From positions 126,172,001 through 126,236,000 of the forward strand of contig NW_024704742.1 of NCBI RefSeq assembly GCF_018977255.1: a DNA stretch of 64,000 bases, given 5' to 3'. Source of the stretch: Callorhinchus milii (Eukaryota). The notes under the pieces were generated by a model. The model was not told the origin of the DNA and searched no databases. It worked only from the letters and a program-made list of their open reading frames with translations. The translations under genes and the position numbers were made by a program. This document shows, one piece after another, positions 62,413-64,000 of this stretch (its first letter is position 1; each line of letters opens with the position of its first letter).

Positions 62413-63405
62413 GGACGAGGTAGAGAGTCGAGAGGGGAGCTGAAGGCACGGTCAAAGAGAAAGGTCTTGAGACCGGCCTTGAAGGAAGAAAGGGAGGAAG
62501 CAAGGCGAAGGCACTGGGGGATGGAGTTCCAGAGCCTCGGGGCTGAGAAGCTGAAGGCCCGGCCACCGATGGTAGGGCGGTTGGGGCGGGGGATTTGGAG
62601 CAGACCGGAGCCAGAGGAACGGAGGGTATGGGCAGGTAGGTAGGGGGATAGTAGGTCGGAGAGGTAGGAGGGAGCAAGGCCATGAATGGCCTTGTAGGCG
62701 AGGATGAGGATCTTGAATTCGATCCTCTGGGGGATGGGGAGCCAGTGGAGGCGAGCGAGGGTGGGAGTGATGTGGTCACGAAGCCTGGTGCGGGACAGTA
62801 CACGAGCTGCAGAGTTCTGAATGACCTGCAGTTTGTGGAGGGAGGTGCCGGGAAGGCCGGCGAAGAGAGAGTTCCCATAGTCCAGCCTTGAGGTGATAAA
62901 GGCGTGGACCAGAGTTTCAGCAGCGTGAGGGATGAGGTAGTGCCGTAGTCTGGCGATGTTTCGGAGGTGATGGAAGGCGGTGCCAGTTGTGGCGCGGATA
63001 TGAGGAAGAAAGGACAGCTCAGGGTCGAACAAAACACCGAGGTTCCTGACTGGCTTTGAGAGGTGGAGAGTGCAGCCTTGGATACTAATGCTGTCAGCGC
63101 CTGAGGTGCGGAGGCGCTGACACGAGCCAGTCAGGAGGGCCTCGGTTTTGCGCACGTTGAGCTGAAGAAAGTTGTCTCTCATCCAGGACTCGATGTCGGA
63201 CAGGCAAGCTGTCAGGATATCGATGGTCGTGGAGTTGAGGGTAGAGGAAGAAAGGTAGAGTTGGGTGTCATCCGCATACATGTGGAAGTTAACCCCATGT
63301 CTGCGGATGATGTCACCAAGGAGGAGCATATAGAGGGTGAAGAGGAGGGGACCAAGGACAGAGCCCTGAGGGACACCGCACGAGACAGTGCGGGGGCTGG
63401 AGGAA
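62413..63405 (-). mobile_element. Young L2 RT/C-terminal fragment with open frame, truncated at both ends
   Basis: Uninterrupted [35 protein letters not shown]; 3' UTR and tail missing. Confidence 0.97.
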
Positions 63406-63444
63406 ACATAGCAGTCACCCCAATTGAAAGAGATTGTATGTCTA

Positions 63445-63805
63445 GGCTGCAATGTTGGGGCGGGGGTGTGCTGGAATATTGGAGGTGCTGTCCTTCAGAT
63501 GCGATGTTAAACTAAGGTCCCATCTATATATTCAGATGGACGTTAAAGATCCCATGGCACTATTTGAAAAAAATGGAGAAGAGAAAAGAAGGAAGTTTCT
63601 CCTGCTGTTCTGGCTAACAACTCCCAAAATAAAAATGGTTATATGTTTCATAGTTTTTTGTAGAACTTTGCTGGGTGCAAATTAGCTGCCAATGTTTGCT
63701 TACTAAATACACAGTCTCTGCACTTTACAGTGAATCCTATAAAATGCGACTTTGAAAAGTCTTGTGATGTGAAAGGCATCATATCAAATGCAAGTATTAT
63801 TATTA
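63445..63805 (+). mobile_element. Old Deu-domain SINE, head lost
   Basis: GGTGCTGTCCTTCAGATG, AAAGATCCCATGGCACTATTTG, L2-type tail. Confidence 0.8.
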
Positions 63806-64000
63806 ACAGCAAAGGGATAGGAGAAAGAGTTAATCAATCCTTACAATAATATTCTTCTATTTCTCCATCACCTTTTCCCTCTTTCGCTTCCCTCCCTTTC
63901 TTCACTCGGTGAGTCAACATATTTTTTCTTCATTGTCCATAAATTATGTAAATCTGTACACACTTTGTCAATATTCTGTTGTTTTTTTTTGGTCAGCCAG

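Overview
Eukaryotic, vertebrate-type non-coding DNA (intergenic or a large intron) packed with transposable elements. The repeat mix suggests a cartilaginous fish, which is an inference: CR1 and L2 LINEs, Deu-domain SINEs resembling SacSINE1, and a tRNA-Ala-headed SINE with an (ATT)n tail. I recognise no host protein-coding gene; the long ORFs in the track are LINE fragments, Helitron fragments or chance frames through SINEs. Main contents: (i) a fragmented Helitron relic (N-terminal Cys cluster plus PIF1-type helicase, about 14.1-18.3 kb) hosting nested CR1, SINE and L2 insertions; (ii) many L2 and CR1 fragments of several ages; (iii) an L2-dependent SINE in long and short subfamilies whose 3' stem-loop covaries with the L2 3' stem-loop; (iv) ultra-short L2-tail-only insertions with clear TSDs; (v) a near-perfect hairpin enclosing a decayed hammerhead-ribozyme core of Penelope-like type; (vi) a fold-back hairpin made from an L2 tail; (vii) an old roughly 500-bp repeat I cannot classify and a palindromic MITE-like family. 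Boundaries were read by eye and are approximate (typically within 10-20 bp). No database search was run.
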